Positions 46,484 to 54,390 of a stretch of 64,000 nt of DNA are shown here, piece by piece. The position numbers were made by a program, and so were the translations under genes. The stretch comes from Nanobdellota archaeon (lineage in GTDB: Archaea; Nanobdellota; Nanobdellia; Pacearchaeales; GW2011-AR1). Numbering within the stretch: position 1 is the first letter of the stretch; every line of letters begins with the position of its first letter. The notes below the pieces were generated by a model, which made no database searches, was not told the origin of the DNA, and worked only from the letters and a program-made list of their open reading frames with translations. The stretch is from contig JAUSKC010000013.1 in the NCBI GenBank assembly GCA_030647125.1, positions 2,249 to 66,248 of the forward strand. Direction: 5' to 3'.

Positions 46484-48370
46484 TTAAACCAATTTCCCAG
46501 AATCTTCAAACTCCTTTTCTCCATCAATTAACTGTCTTAACACATTTTTCAAATCTTTTATCTTTACTCTTATTTGTTTTGTAGTATCACGCTCGCGAAT
46601 AGTAACATCTTGTTGTTTTGTTGAATCCTCGTCGATAGTTATGCAATATGGAGTCCCAGCCTCATCATTTCGAGCGTATCTCCTTCCAATGCTACCACTT
46701 TTATCATAAATAACATTCCACTCTTTTCTCAAATCTTCCAAGATTTCGCGGCAAATATCTTCATATTCATCTTTTTTTATTATAGGAAATATTGCGGCCT
46801 TAACTGGTGCCAACCTTGGATTTAATTTTAAAATAACATTCTGCCTTTTCTCGTCGGGAGAATAAGCGCTAAACATAAAAACCAAAAACGCCCTTTCAAA
46901 TCCCAATGATGGTTCACATACTACTTGAGGCAAAATCTTCTTACCGGTTTTCTCGTCCAGAATGTGTAAATCCTTTCCAGAGAATTTTTCATGTTGAGAC
47001 AAATCAAAATTCCCCCTATCTGCAAAGCCTAAAAGTTCTTTCCACCCGAAAGGAAATTCATATTCTAAATCCCATGTGTCTTGAGAATAATGCGCTTTCT
47101 CTTCCGAAACATGCTGCCTTATTCTGAATTTATCTTTATTTGCGCCAAGAGAAATAAACCACAAATATTCATTTGCTATCCAATAAGCATGCCATTTGTT
47201 TTTTATAACATGTGATTCAAGCGCCTCTTTTAATTTCATTTTCCTCGCGTCCTCATTCCCCTTTTGCATCTCCGAAGAATAAATCATAATTTCCACATCA
47301 GGAATTTTATAAGGGCATTCATCTTCAGGATTTACAAAATACTCAATTTCCATTTGTTCAAATTCCCTACATCTAAATAAAAAATCTCTCGGGGCAATTT
47401 CATTTCTAAAAGCCTTTCCTTGCTGCGCAATTCCACACGGAAGTTTCAATCGTGCATTGTCAAAAACAAGTTTGAAATCAGCAAATATCAACTGCGCAGT
47501 TTCCGGCCTCAAATATGCCTTTACAGAATCTTCAACAACAGGGCCAACTTGCGTCGTGAACATCGGATTAAATTCTCCTTTAATTTCATAATTAGAATTA
47601 TTTTCATATTTCTTCACTTCGTATTTATCAACTTTAAACTTCTCCTTTGTTTTTTTATTTACAACTGCGACATCAACAAAACTTGCAACATGCCCACTCG
47701 CTTCCCAAACTTTCGGGTTCGTCACAATCGCTCCGTCAATTCCCACAATATCATCCCGTTGATAAACATGATATTTCCACCATTCATTTTTCAAGTTCTT
47801 TTTCATTTCAGCCCCAAGAACTCCAAAATCCCAAAATCCAGACAGACCCCCATAAATCTCCCCAGAAGGATAAACAAATCCTTTTCTTTTACAAAATGCA
47901 GCCATTTCATCAACTGATATTTCAGAACTATTTTTTACCTTGTTATTTCCTATAAGATTATTTCTTGGTTTATAATTTATAAGAAATTCCTTACCTAAAT
48001 CTGTAAGAAAGTAACCACCATCTCTATTATCTTTTTTAATATAATTTTTATCAGCCAACTTATTTAATATTAAACTAACTTCAGATTTATCGAGAGATAA
48101 TTCTTTACCAATAAATTCTGGATAACCTATATGATCATCACACATATAAACTATCTTATATGCAATTTCCTCATCGATTATAATATCTTTATCTTCTATT
48201 TTTGTTTTCTTGTTAACCATATTTTCAAATTTCCGTTTGGCTTCTTCCTTGTTTTTGCCCAGGTACGCGACGTTTTTAGATTTAACTTTTTCCCCTTCTC
48301 TTACTGACTCGCGCATATAATAATATTCCCCGCCGTTGATTTTCTTCCGGACTATGTAAGCCATAAACAA
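46484..48370 (-). CDS. glyS: glycyl-tRNA synthetase (alpha2 type) with an approximately 150-aa N-terminal extension
   Basis: The core starts at SVDEMAAFCKRKGFVYPSGEIYGGLSGFWDFG, with class II motifs downstream. The extension contains YYYMRESVREGEKVKSKNVAYLG and a wHTH-like segment. Confidence 0.9.
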   Translation of the reverse strand: MFMAYIVRKKINGGEYYYMRESVREGEKVKSKNVAYLGKNKEEAKRKFENMVNKKTKIEDKDIIIDEEIAYKIVYMCDDHIGYPEFIGKELSLDKSEVSLILNKLADKNYIKKDNRDGGYFLTDLGKEFLINYKPRNNLIGNNKVKNSSEISVDEMAAFCKRKGFVYPSGEIYGGLSGFWDFGVLGAEMKKNLKNEWWKYHVYQRDDIVGIDGAIVTNPKVWEASGHVASFVDVAVVNKKTKEKFKVDKYEVKKYENNSNYEIKGEFNPMFTTQVGPVVEDSVKAYLRPETAQLIFADFKLVFDNARLKLPCGIAQQGKAFRNEIAPRDFLFRCREFEQMEIEYFVNPEDECPYKIPDVEIMIYSSEMQKGNEDARKMKLKEALESHVIKNKWHAYWIANEYLWFISLGANKDKFRIRQHVSEEKAHYSQDTWDLEYEFPFGWKELLGFADRGNFDLSQHEKFSGKDLHILDEKTGKKILPQVVCEPSLGFERAFLVFMFSAYSPDEKRQNVILKLNPRLAPVKAAIFPIIKKDEYEDICREILEDLRKEWNVIYDKSGSIGRRYARNDEAGTPYCITIDEDSTKQQDVTIRERDTTKQIRVKIKDLKNVLRQLIDGEKEFEDSGKLV

Positions 48371-48435
48371 AACACGAAAAACTATTTTAAAGATTTATGC
48401 AAATATTTAAAACCGCAAAAAGATAATAACTAAAC

Positions 48436-48657
48436 ATGGGATTCCTTGATTCAATAGAAAAAACAGTCAACACAGTAACAAGAACTACAAATGTTGTAGA
48501 TAGAGGAACCGCGCAAGCAAAAAAGGTCAAAGGTATGGCCTCAAGTGCAGCAAAGGCTTTAGCCAAAAAATGCAAAATTTGTAAAGCTGAACTAAAATCA
48601 GATTTGGAAAAGCAAAAAGGTATTTGTTCTAACTGCGCATTAAAGAATATGAAATGA
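48436..48657 (+). CDS. small CxxC...CxxC protein (73 aa)
   Basis: ORF with KCKICKAEL...GICSNCAL. It competes with antisense ORF 48387..48683; the + strand product looks more protein-like. Confidence 0.4.
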   Translation: MGFLDSIEKTVNTVTRTTNVVDRGTAQAKKVKGMASSAAKALAKKCKICKAELKSDLEKQKGICSNCALKNMK

Positions 48658-48664
48658 TTATTAA

Positions 48665-48982
48665 TTACTCTTTCTTTTCCCAACGATTATCATCACGGCC
48701 GTAACATTTATCCATCTTCCTTTTCCAGAACTCATCTAAATTAATTTTATGATAATTAGCCATACAAATCATCGCAAAGATAACATCACAAATTTCCTCT
48801 CCTACATCTGCAGTATCTTTATCTGACTTTTTGATTCTCGGGCCATACCTATTATTTATCTCTCTTGAAAGCTCACCCAGTTCTTCAGCTGCTTGCGCAA
48901 TAATTGCTAAAGGAGGATAATACCCAATCTTATACTGACTGACCCATTTATCAACATCTTTTTGAATATCTTCTAGCGACAT
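48665..48982 (-). CDS. MazG-like nucleotide pyrophosphohydrolase
   Basis: AAEELGELSREI and EEICDVIF metal-binding EExxE/D-type helices. Size 105 aa. Confidence 0.7.
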   Translation of the reverse strand: MSLEDIQKDVDKWVSQYKIGYYPPLAIIAQAAEELGELSREINNRYGPRIKKSDKDTADVGEEICDVIFAMICMANYHKINLDEFWKRKMDKCYGRDDNRWEKKE

Positions 48983-49035
48983 AAAAACAAAAAGCAGAAA
49001 TGGTTTTTATTAATTGTTATTATCAATTATATTAA

Positions 49036-49449
49036 TTATTCTCCAATAATCTTAATCAAAACTCTTTTTTTCCTTTGCCCGTCAAACTCCCCATAGAAAA
49101 TCTGTTCCCACGGCCCGAAATCCAATTTTCCTTTTGTAATCGCGCACGTAACTTCCCTTCCCATAACCGTTCTCCATAAATGCGAATAAGCATTATTTTC
49201 TCCAGTTAAATTATGATTATACTTTCCGTCGACAGGCGCAAGCTTTTCAAGCCATTCTATAAAATCTTTTTTTAATCCTTTTTCTTCATCGTTTATAAAA
49301 ACCGACGACGTTATATGCATTGTATTAACAAGAACAATTCCTTCGCTTATTCCTGAGCTCCAAATCGCTTCCTGAACTTCCGCAGTTATATTGACAAACT
49401 CGTGCTTCTTCTTAGTTTCTAAAGTAAGGTAGCGAGTGTATGATCTCAT
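49036..49449 (-). CDS. YjbQ/UPF0047-family protein
   Basis: [31 protein letters not shown] and [13 protein letters not shown] motifs. Confidence 0.8.
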   Translation of the reverse strand: MRSYTRYLTLETKKKHEFVNITAEVQEAIWSSGISEGIVLVNTMHITSSVFINDEEKGLKKDFIEWLEKLAPVDGKYNHNLTGENNAYSHLWRTVMGREVTCAITKGKLDFGPWEQIFYGEFDGQRKKRVLIKIIGE

Positions 49450-49450
49450 A

Positions 49451-49523
49451 AGCGTAGACCCGGAATTGAACCGGGGGATATTCGGGCTGCAACCGAACGC
49501 GTTAACCTCTTCGCCATCTACGC
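49451..49523 (-). tRNA. tRNA-Cys (GCA)
   Basis: Reverse complement GCGTAGATGGCGAAGAGGTTAACGCGTTCGGTTGCAGCCCGAATATCCCCCGGTTCAATTCCGGGTCTACGCT. Anticodon loop TTGCAGC. Confidence 0.85.
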
Positions 49524-49615
49524 ATTTATGATTTTCCTAAATCCAACTCTTATTTAAAGATATTGATGAACTTAATAGAAACATTTTAAATAGATATTTT
49601 TAATTGATATTCTAT

Positions 49616-49666
49616 GCCCTGATTCGGCCAAGCATGGACGAAGCAGGGTGAACGAATGAAATTCGT
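49616..49666 (+). promoter_or_regulatory. two-hairpin structured element immediately 5' of tRNA-Arg(TCT)
   Basis: Hairpin A (49616-49649) is GCCCTG-a-TTCG-g-CCA[AGCA]TGG-a-CGAA-g-CAGGGT. Hairpin B (49652-49666) is ACGAAT-GAA-ATTCGT. A TATA-like TTTTAAATAG lies about 25 nt upstream. Confidence 0.5.
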
Positions 49667-49668
49667 AA

Positions 49669-49743
<75 letters not shown>

Positions 49744-49751
49744 TACTTAAA

Positions 49752-50651
49752 TCAAACCTTAACTTCCATTAAATCTCGCGCAAGCTCAGAATTTTTAAAT
49801 TTCTTTCGCGCTTCTTCCAGAATAATTTTTGGGTTATTATAACGAGGACTCAAGTGAGTCAAATAAACTTTCCCGACTTGCGCCTTCTTGGCAATTTCTG
49901 CAACTTGCGAAGCAGTCATATGCTTTTTTTCTTCAGCATGATCTTTCAATTCATCAGAAAAACTCGTTTCAATAATTAGGACGTCCGCCTCTTTAACAAA
50001 TGGAACAATTTTTGCATTTATCTTTGTATCCATAACTATAGAAACTTTCTTTCCTTTTTCCAAGTAGGTTAGCTCCTTGAATTTTAACTTCTTCCCGTCA
50101 ACGAGAGCATCTTTTCCTTCTTTTAATTTTTGCAAATGCGGCCCGGCCATAATTTTTAATTTTCCTAATTTATTCTTATCAATCCTTCTTTGCCCTTTCA
50201 AAACAAAATTGTATGCATTGCAAGGCGGCCCGTGCTCCATCCTTCTTGACTCTATGAAAAATTCTTTTTCATCAAGTGCAACACCATCTTTAACTTCATG
50301 AATTTCAAGGTCTATATTCTCAGCAAAAACAAAAACCTCAAACATTTTTTTAATAAAATTCTTAGTTCCTTCCGGTCCGTAAATTTCTAATTTTTTATTA
50401 TACCCAGACGAAGCCAATGTTTGTATCAAACCAGGCAAACCGAGAACATGATCTCCATGCCAATGACTTATGAAAATTTTATCAACCTTCCCTGGATTCA
50501 AATTAGCATATCTAAATTGTCTTTGTGTTCCCTCGCCGCAATCAAATAAAAACCCGTTTCCATCATACTCCAAAAACGTCGCAGGGGTATTTCTTGCTTT
50601 CGATGGAATAGAACTTCCCGTACCCAAGAATATTAATTTAATTTCTTTCAT
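49752..50651 (-). CDS. rnz: ribonuclease Z
   Basis: FLGTGSSIPS, FDCGEGTQRQ and ISHWHGDHVLGLPGL motifs. Confidence 0.9.
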   Translation of the reverse strand: MKEIKLIFLGTGSSIPSKARNTPATFLEYDGNGFLFDCGEGTQRQFRYANLNPGKVDKIFISHWHGDHVLGLPGLIQTLASSGYNKKLEIYGPEGTKNFIKKMFEVFVFAENIDLEIHEVKDGVALDEKEFFIESRRMEHGPPCNAYNFVLKGQRRIDKNKLGKLKIMAGPHLQKLKEGKDALVDGKKLKFKELTYLEKGKKVSIVMDTKINAKIVPFVKEADVLIIETSFSDELKDHAEEKKHMTASQVAEIAKKAQVGKVYLTHLSPRYNNPKIILEEARKKFKNSELARDLMEVKV

Positions 50652-50750
50652 AATTTATAGAAAGAAAATCTATTTTTATAACTTCCCAAAGTTCCGACTA
50701 TCATCAACACGCTAAGAAACATACCCTAGCGAAATAAATGGGAAAAAAGC

Positions 50751-51002
50751 TTACTCTTTCTTTAAAGAAGTTGAAGCGGGGGAAATAAAAATTATCGTGT
50801 CTCCTCTCAAAAAAGTCAGACCGACGCTTCTTTTTATTTCATTGTTTTGCATTTCTTTCGTATTATCCAACACCAAGTTGATGTGGATATCAAAAGCCAA
50901 CAAAGTTCCAACGAACTGCTTGTCGCCTTTCAAATGCACTAAAACTTCTTTACCTTTAGAGTTGTTAAGCAAATCCAAAGGTCTTTCGATTCCGTTAACC
51001 AT
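50751..51002 (-). CDS. Sm-like (LSm/SmAP) protein
   Basis: Sm1/Sm2 pattern: VLVHLKGDKQFVGTLLAFDIHINLVLDN ... FLRGDTIIFISP. Confidence 0.8.
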   Translation of the reverse strand: MVNGIERPLDLLNNSKGKEVLVHLKGDKQFVGTLLAFDIHINLVLDNTKEMQNNEIKRSVGLTFLRGDTIIFISPASTSLKKE

Positions 51003-51135
51003 AAAGTTGAATTATTTATTTTGTTTTTAAACATTTTGGTCCAAAATAAACCAAAACTTATTTAAACCAACCCTAGCATAAAATCTTACACGAAGTGGGT
51101 TGCAGGATTCATAAAAACCCGTTGGTGATTTTTAC

Positions 51136-51504
51136 ATGACAACACGAAAAGGAAGAAAAATCTCTGGAGGAAAGTACATCCAAAACAGAAAGAAGAAGAA
51201 ATACGAGCTAAAAGGTCAAAAGATAAATGTTAAACTTGGCGACGATAAAAGGAAAAATTATAGAACAATGGGTGGAAATCAAAAAACAAAATTGCTGAGA
51301 GCAAAAACAATTAACGTAAAGGTCTCTGAAAAGCAAATTAAGAAAGCTGAGATTCAGAATGTTCTTGAAACACCTTCAAACAGATTCCTTGCCCGTCAAA
51401 ATATTCTTACAAAAGGTACCATAGTTCTGACAAACCTTGGAAAGGTAAGAATAACAAACCGCCCGACGCAAGACGGTGTTCTTAATGGAACAATAATTTC
51501 ATAA
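51136..51504 (+). CDS. rps8e: ribosomal protein S8e
   Basis: GRKISGGKY...RKKKKYELKG...GGNQKTKLLRAKTINV...RQNILTKGTIV pattern of eS8. Confidence 0.85.
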   Translation: MTTRKGRKISGGKYIQNRKKKKYELKGQKINVKLGDDKRKNYRTMGGNQKTKLLRAKTINVKVSEKQIKKAEIQNVLETPSNRFLARQNILTKGTIVLTNLGKVRITNRPTQDGVLNGTIIS

Positions 51505-51529
51505 GTAATTCTAAAGGTTTATAAACACG

Positions 51530-51547
51530 TATATACATATGTATATA
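51530..51547. promoter_or_regulatory. perfect 18-bp AT-rich palindrome abutting the next start codon
   Basis: TATATACATATGTATATA. Its last base is the A of ATG 51547. Confidence 0.4.
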
Positions 51548-51789
51548 TGAGAAAAACAAATAATACTAAAAAGGCAAATAAAAGAATTGAAATAACTAAA
51601 AAAGAAATAAAGATAAATCTGGAAAAATTGCATAAAGATGTTGAAAAAGCATACGATACAATGAGAAAAATTCTTCCTGAAGCAATACTAAAAAACCAGG
51701 AAGTTAGGCCTTTTGGAAACGCAGCGCATATAATTCTGCCGAAAGAATATATAAACAAAAAAGTAACAGTTATAGTTAAGAAGGACTAA
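51547..51789 (+). CDS. DUF2080-like small protein
   Basis: The C-terminal VRPFGNAAHIILPKEYINKKVTVIV resembles the DUF2080 (AbrB-like) motif. Confidence 0.5.
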   Translation: MRKTNNTKKANKRIEITKKEIKINLEKLHKDVEKAYDTMRKILPEAILKNQEVRPFGNAAHIILPKEYINKKVTVIVKKD

Positions 51790-51851
51790 AATTTCTATAG
51801 AAACCTTTTTAAACCCAACTCCTTTATAAATTTTACGGAAATATATCTAAA

Positions 51852-52784
51852 ATGGCCTTCGTCAAAAAATGTCCTGAATGTGGAAGCATAAATTTAACAC
51901 ACGATTCTCATTTGGGAGAAATTGTCTGTAACGATTGTGGTTTTGTCGTCGAAGATCAAATGGTTGACACAGGTATTGACTTATCTGGAAAATTTGATAA
52001 ATCCGAGAAAAAAGGCCGTTCAGGAGCCCCAATTTCTATGCAAAAATTTGACAAGGGACTGACAACCAATGTCGGAGAAATTTCAGACATTTATCGTTTG
52101 GAACCAGGCCAAACAAGAAAATTCTTGCGTCTTAAGAAATGGCAAGAACGTGTCTCAACTTCTATTGAAAGAAATCTTCGTCTTGCAATGGCTGAATTAA
52201 GAGTCATCGCTTCTTATCTAAACTTACCTAATGTTGTGCGAGACGAAGCAGCAAGAATTTATAATTATGTTCTTCAAAGAGGGCTTGTCCGAGGACGTTC
52301 TATGGAATCAGTAATTGCAGCTTGCTTGTACGCTGCCTGCCGTTCTTATAACATCCCAAGAACTTTGGATGAAATGGCAACTGCATCCGACGTCGAAAGA
52401 AAAGAAATAGGCCGAACTTACAGATTTATAATAAGAAAATTAGGGATAACTGTAAAACAATCCTCTCCAAAGGACTACATCTCACGTTTTTCATCTGTCC
52501 TTAAACTTTCTCCAAAAACACAAAACGATGCATTAAAGGTCTTGAGGGACGCTGAAGAAGTTGAACTTACTTCAGGACGTGGCCCTGCAGGAATAGCAGC
52601 TGCAGCTTTATACGTTGCTGCATTAATGAACGATGAAAAGAAAACACAAAGAGAAGTTGCCGACATTGCAGGAATAACTGAAGTTACAATTCGTAACAGA
52701 TACAAAGAATTAATTGAGCGCTTAAAACTTGAAGATAAAATAAAGCAAAAAGAACGCGAGTTAGAAACAAAGAAAAAGAAATAA
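51852..52784 (+). CDS. tfb: transcription initiation factor TFB (TFIIB)
   Basis: N-terminal zinc ribbon CPECGS...CNDCG, B-reader, two cyclin repeats and a helix-turn-helix QREVADIAGITEVTIRNRYKEL. Confidence 0.95.
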   Translation: MAFVKKCPECGSINLTHDSHLGEIVCNDCGFVVEDQMVDTGIDLSGKFDKSEKKGRSGAPISMQKFDKGLTTNVGEISDIYRLEPGQTRKFLRLKKWQERVSTSIERNLRLAMAELRVIASYLNLPNVVRDEAARIYNYVLQRGLVRGRSMESVIAACLYAACRSYNIPRTLDEMATASDVERKEIGRTYRFIIRKLGITVKQSSPKDYISRFSSVLKLSPKTQNDALKVLRDAEEVELTSGRGPAGIAAAALYVAALMNDEKKTQREVADIAGITEVTIRNRYKELIERLKLEDKIKQKERELETKKKK

Positions 52785-52827
52785 CACTAAGTTTTTATAC
52801 TTCTTAAAAGAATTAAATTTAATCTTT

Positions 52828-52907
52828 GCGGCATTCAACGGAGGCAATTAAAAAATGCCGCTGAACAGTGCTTTGAGGAAGTTCGAAAGAAACCAGTGGG
52901 TGTCTTT
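52828..52907 (+). promoter_or_regulatory. hairpin with conserved loop plus 42-nt conserved extension (module copy 1)
   Basis: Stem GCGGCATT/AATGCCGC (52828-35 / 52854-61), loop CAACGGAGGCAATTAAAA. Extension 52866-52907 matches 62993-63034 at 40 of 42 positions. Confidence 0.65.
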
Positions 52908-52910
52908 CAT

Positions 52911-52994
52911 GCGGGTGTGCCGGAGCGGTCAAACGGGCTGGATTTAGGCTCCAGTAGCTTAGTGCTTGCGCAGGTTCGATTCCTGTCATCCGCA
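52911..52994 (+). tRNA. tRNA-Leu (TAG)
   Basis: Acceptor GCGGGTG/CATCCGC, anticodon arm CTGGA-TTTAGGC-TCCAG, long variable arm, T-loop TTCGATT. 84 nt. Confidence 0.85.
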
Positions 52995-53059
52995 CTTGTT
53001 TTAACTAATTAATGACTACAGTAATAAACTTTATAAATAAAGAATGAGATAGAAAACAA

Positions 53060-54382
53060 ATGATATTCAAAAGAAAAACCAAAACAAGAAATTATTTTTT
53101 CCCAAAAAAAATGAGTGGCATAAAAAAAGCAGCTATAGGGGCATTGGCTCTTGGAGCAACAGGATTAGGATTATGGATTTATAGTATAAATTCAGATTTC
53201 GAAAAACATTTCGGAAACCATCAAAGCATACAAAGAATAGATTACTCTTCACAAATTCCCTCTTCTCTTAAAGGATTAAATTTTCCTCAAAAATACGACG
53301 CATTAACTTCACACTCACAAGAAAAAACAACATCACACTCTCTTGAACAAAAAGTTGCACTAGCAAAACCAACTCCAACTTATACTCCAATACCAGAGCC
53401 AACAACAACGCCTAAGACAGAACCAACTCTTAAATATATTATATTAAAAACAGCAAATAAAAGCCTTACATCACCTTCAATACCTCCAGTAGTTTTACCG
53501 ACGCCAAAACCGACAGTAACTCCTACTCCAACACCAATGGCAACTCCTATTCCAACTTATACTCCCACTCCTAGAGCTACACCAACGCCAAGTCTTACAC
53601 CAATTCCAACACCAACGCCAACACCTATTCCTTCAAAAGAAAAAACAAATGGGCCTTCAATTTACACAGTTGCCCTAGCAAATATTGCAGCGGTAAAGGA
53701 ATTAGCACAAAGAGGAAATGAAAGAGTAAAAGAAACATTCTCTTATCTAGGAAAAAAACTAAAAGAAACAGAAGATAACAGGTATAACATAAACAGAAAA
53801 GACATAAGATTATCTACTGAAACAACAAATAGTGTTATTGTAGGAGAACCTAACAGAGTAATGGGAACTCCTTATTTCTATCAATCTATAGGAGAAAATG
53901 GAGTTTCAGTCAATGGAAAGAAAGTTGAAAAAGGATTAGAATTTTTAGCAAGAGAATATGATGAAAATCTTGAAATAATTAGAAATGGGAAAGATATTGA
54001 CTTTGATAGTCCAAGGAAACTTGTTTACGTTCCAATATCAAAAGATGAAAAGGGAATTTGGCATGTCGATTATGACTCTCAATTAGAAGAACATGATATT
54101 TATACTGCAAGACCAATAACTGATAAAGATGTAAAAGATTTTATAGTAATTCCAAAACACGAAAATGATTTGTTAACAGATAAAGATGCAAAGCCAAAAG
54201 AAAAATCATTTTATCTATTTGCAAACGGAACAAGAATTAGCATTCCTGAAATAAAAAGCCCGTCGGGAAATGATTACATCCCACAACATATCTTAATTCC
54301 TAAACCTGCAAAAGAGGTCTATCAGCCAGCAACAGGAAAAATAGGAAAAAGAGGAAATGTCTACATTCCTGTATTACAATAA
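53060..54382 (+). CDS. membrane-anchored surface protein with Pro/Thr-rich linker
   Basis: N-terminal TM helix (AAIGALALGATGLGLWIYSI), PT-rich tract at aa ~103-193 (nt 53366-53640), and a C-terminal roughly 245-aa globular part of unknown family. Confidence 0.6.
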   Translation: MIFKRKTKTRNYFFPKKMSGIKKAAIGALALGATGLGLWIYSINSDFEKHFGNHQSIQRIDYSSQIPSSLKGLNFPQKYDALTSHSQEKTTSHSLEQKVALAKPTPTYTPIPEPTTTPKTEPTLKYIILKTANKSLTSPSIPPVVLPTPKPTVTPTPTPMATPIPTYTPTPRATPTPSLTPIPTPTPTPIPSKEKTNGPSIYTVALANIAAVKELAQRGNERVKETFSYLGKKLKETEDNRYNINRKDIRLSTETTNSVIVGEPNRVMGTPYFYQSIGENGVSVNGKKVEKGLEFLAREYDENLEIIRNGKDIDFDSPRKLVYVPISKDEKGIWHVDYDSQLEEHDIYTARPITDKDVKDFIVIPKHENDLLTDKDAKPKEKSFYLFANGTRISIPEIKSPSGNDYIPQHILIPKPAKEVYQPATGKIGKRGNVYIPVLQ

Positions 54383-54390
54383 CTAAGCCA

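Noticed and set aside
48387-48683. 98-aa minus-strand ORF
   Set aside because: It overlaps the + strand 73-aa CxxC ORF almost completely. The + strand product has the more protein-like composition, but neither has strong support.
53366-53640. Short ACNCCN-type nucleotide periodicity that could be mistaken for a tandem repeat or array
   Set aside because: It is the coding sequence of a Pro/Thr linker inside an intact ORF. There is no spacer/repeat organisation and nothing CRISPR-like.
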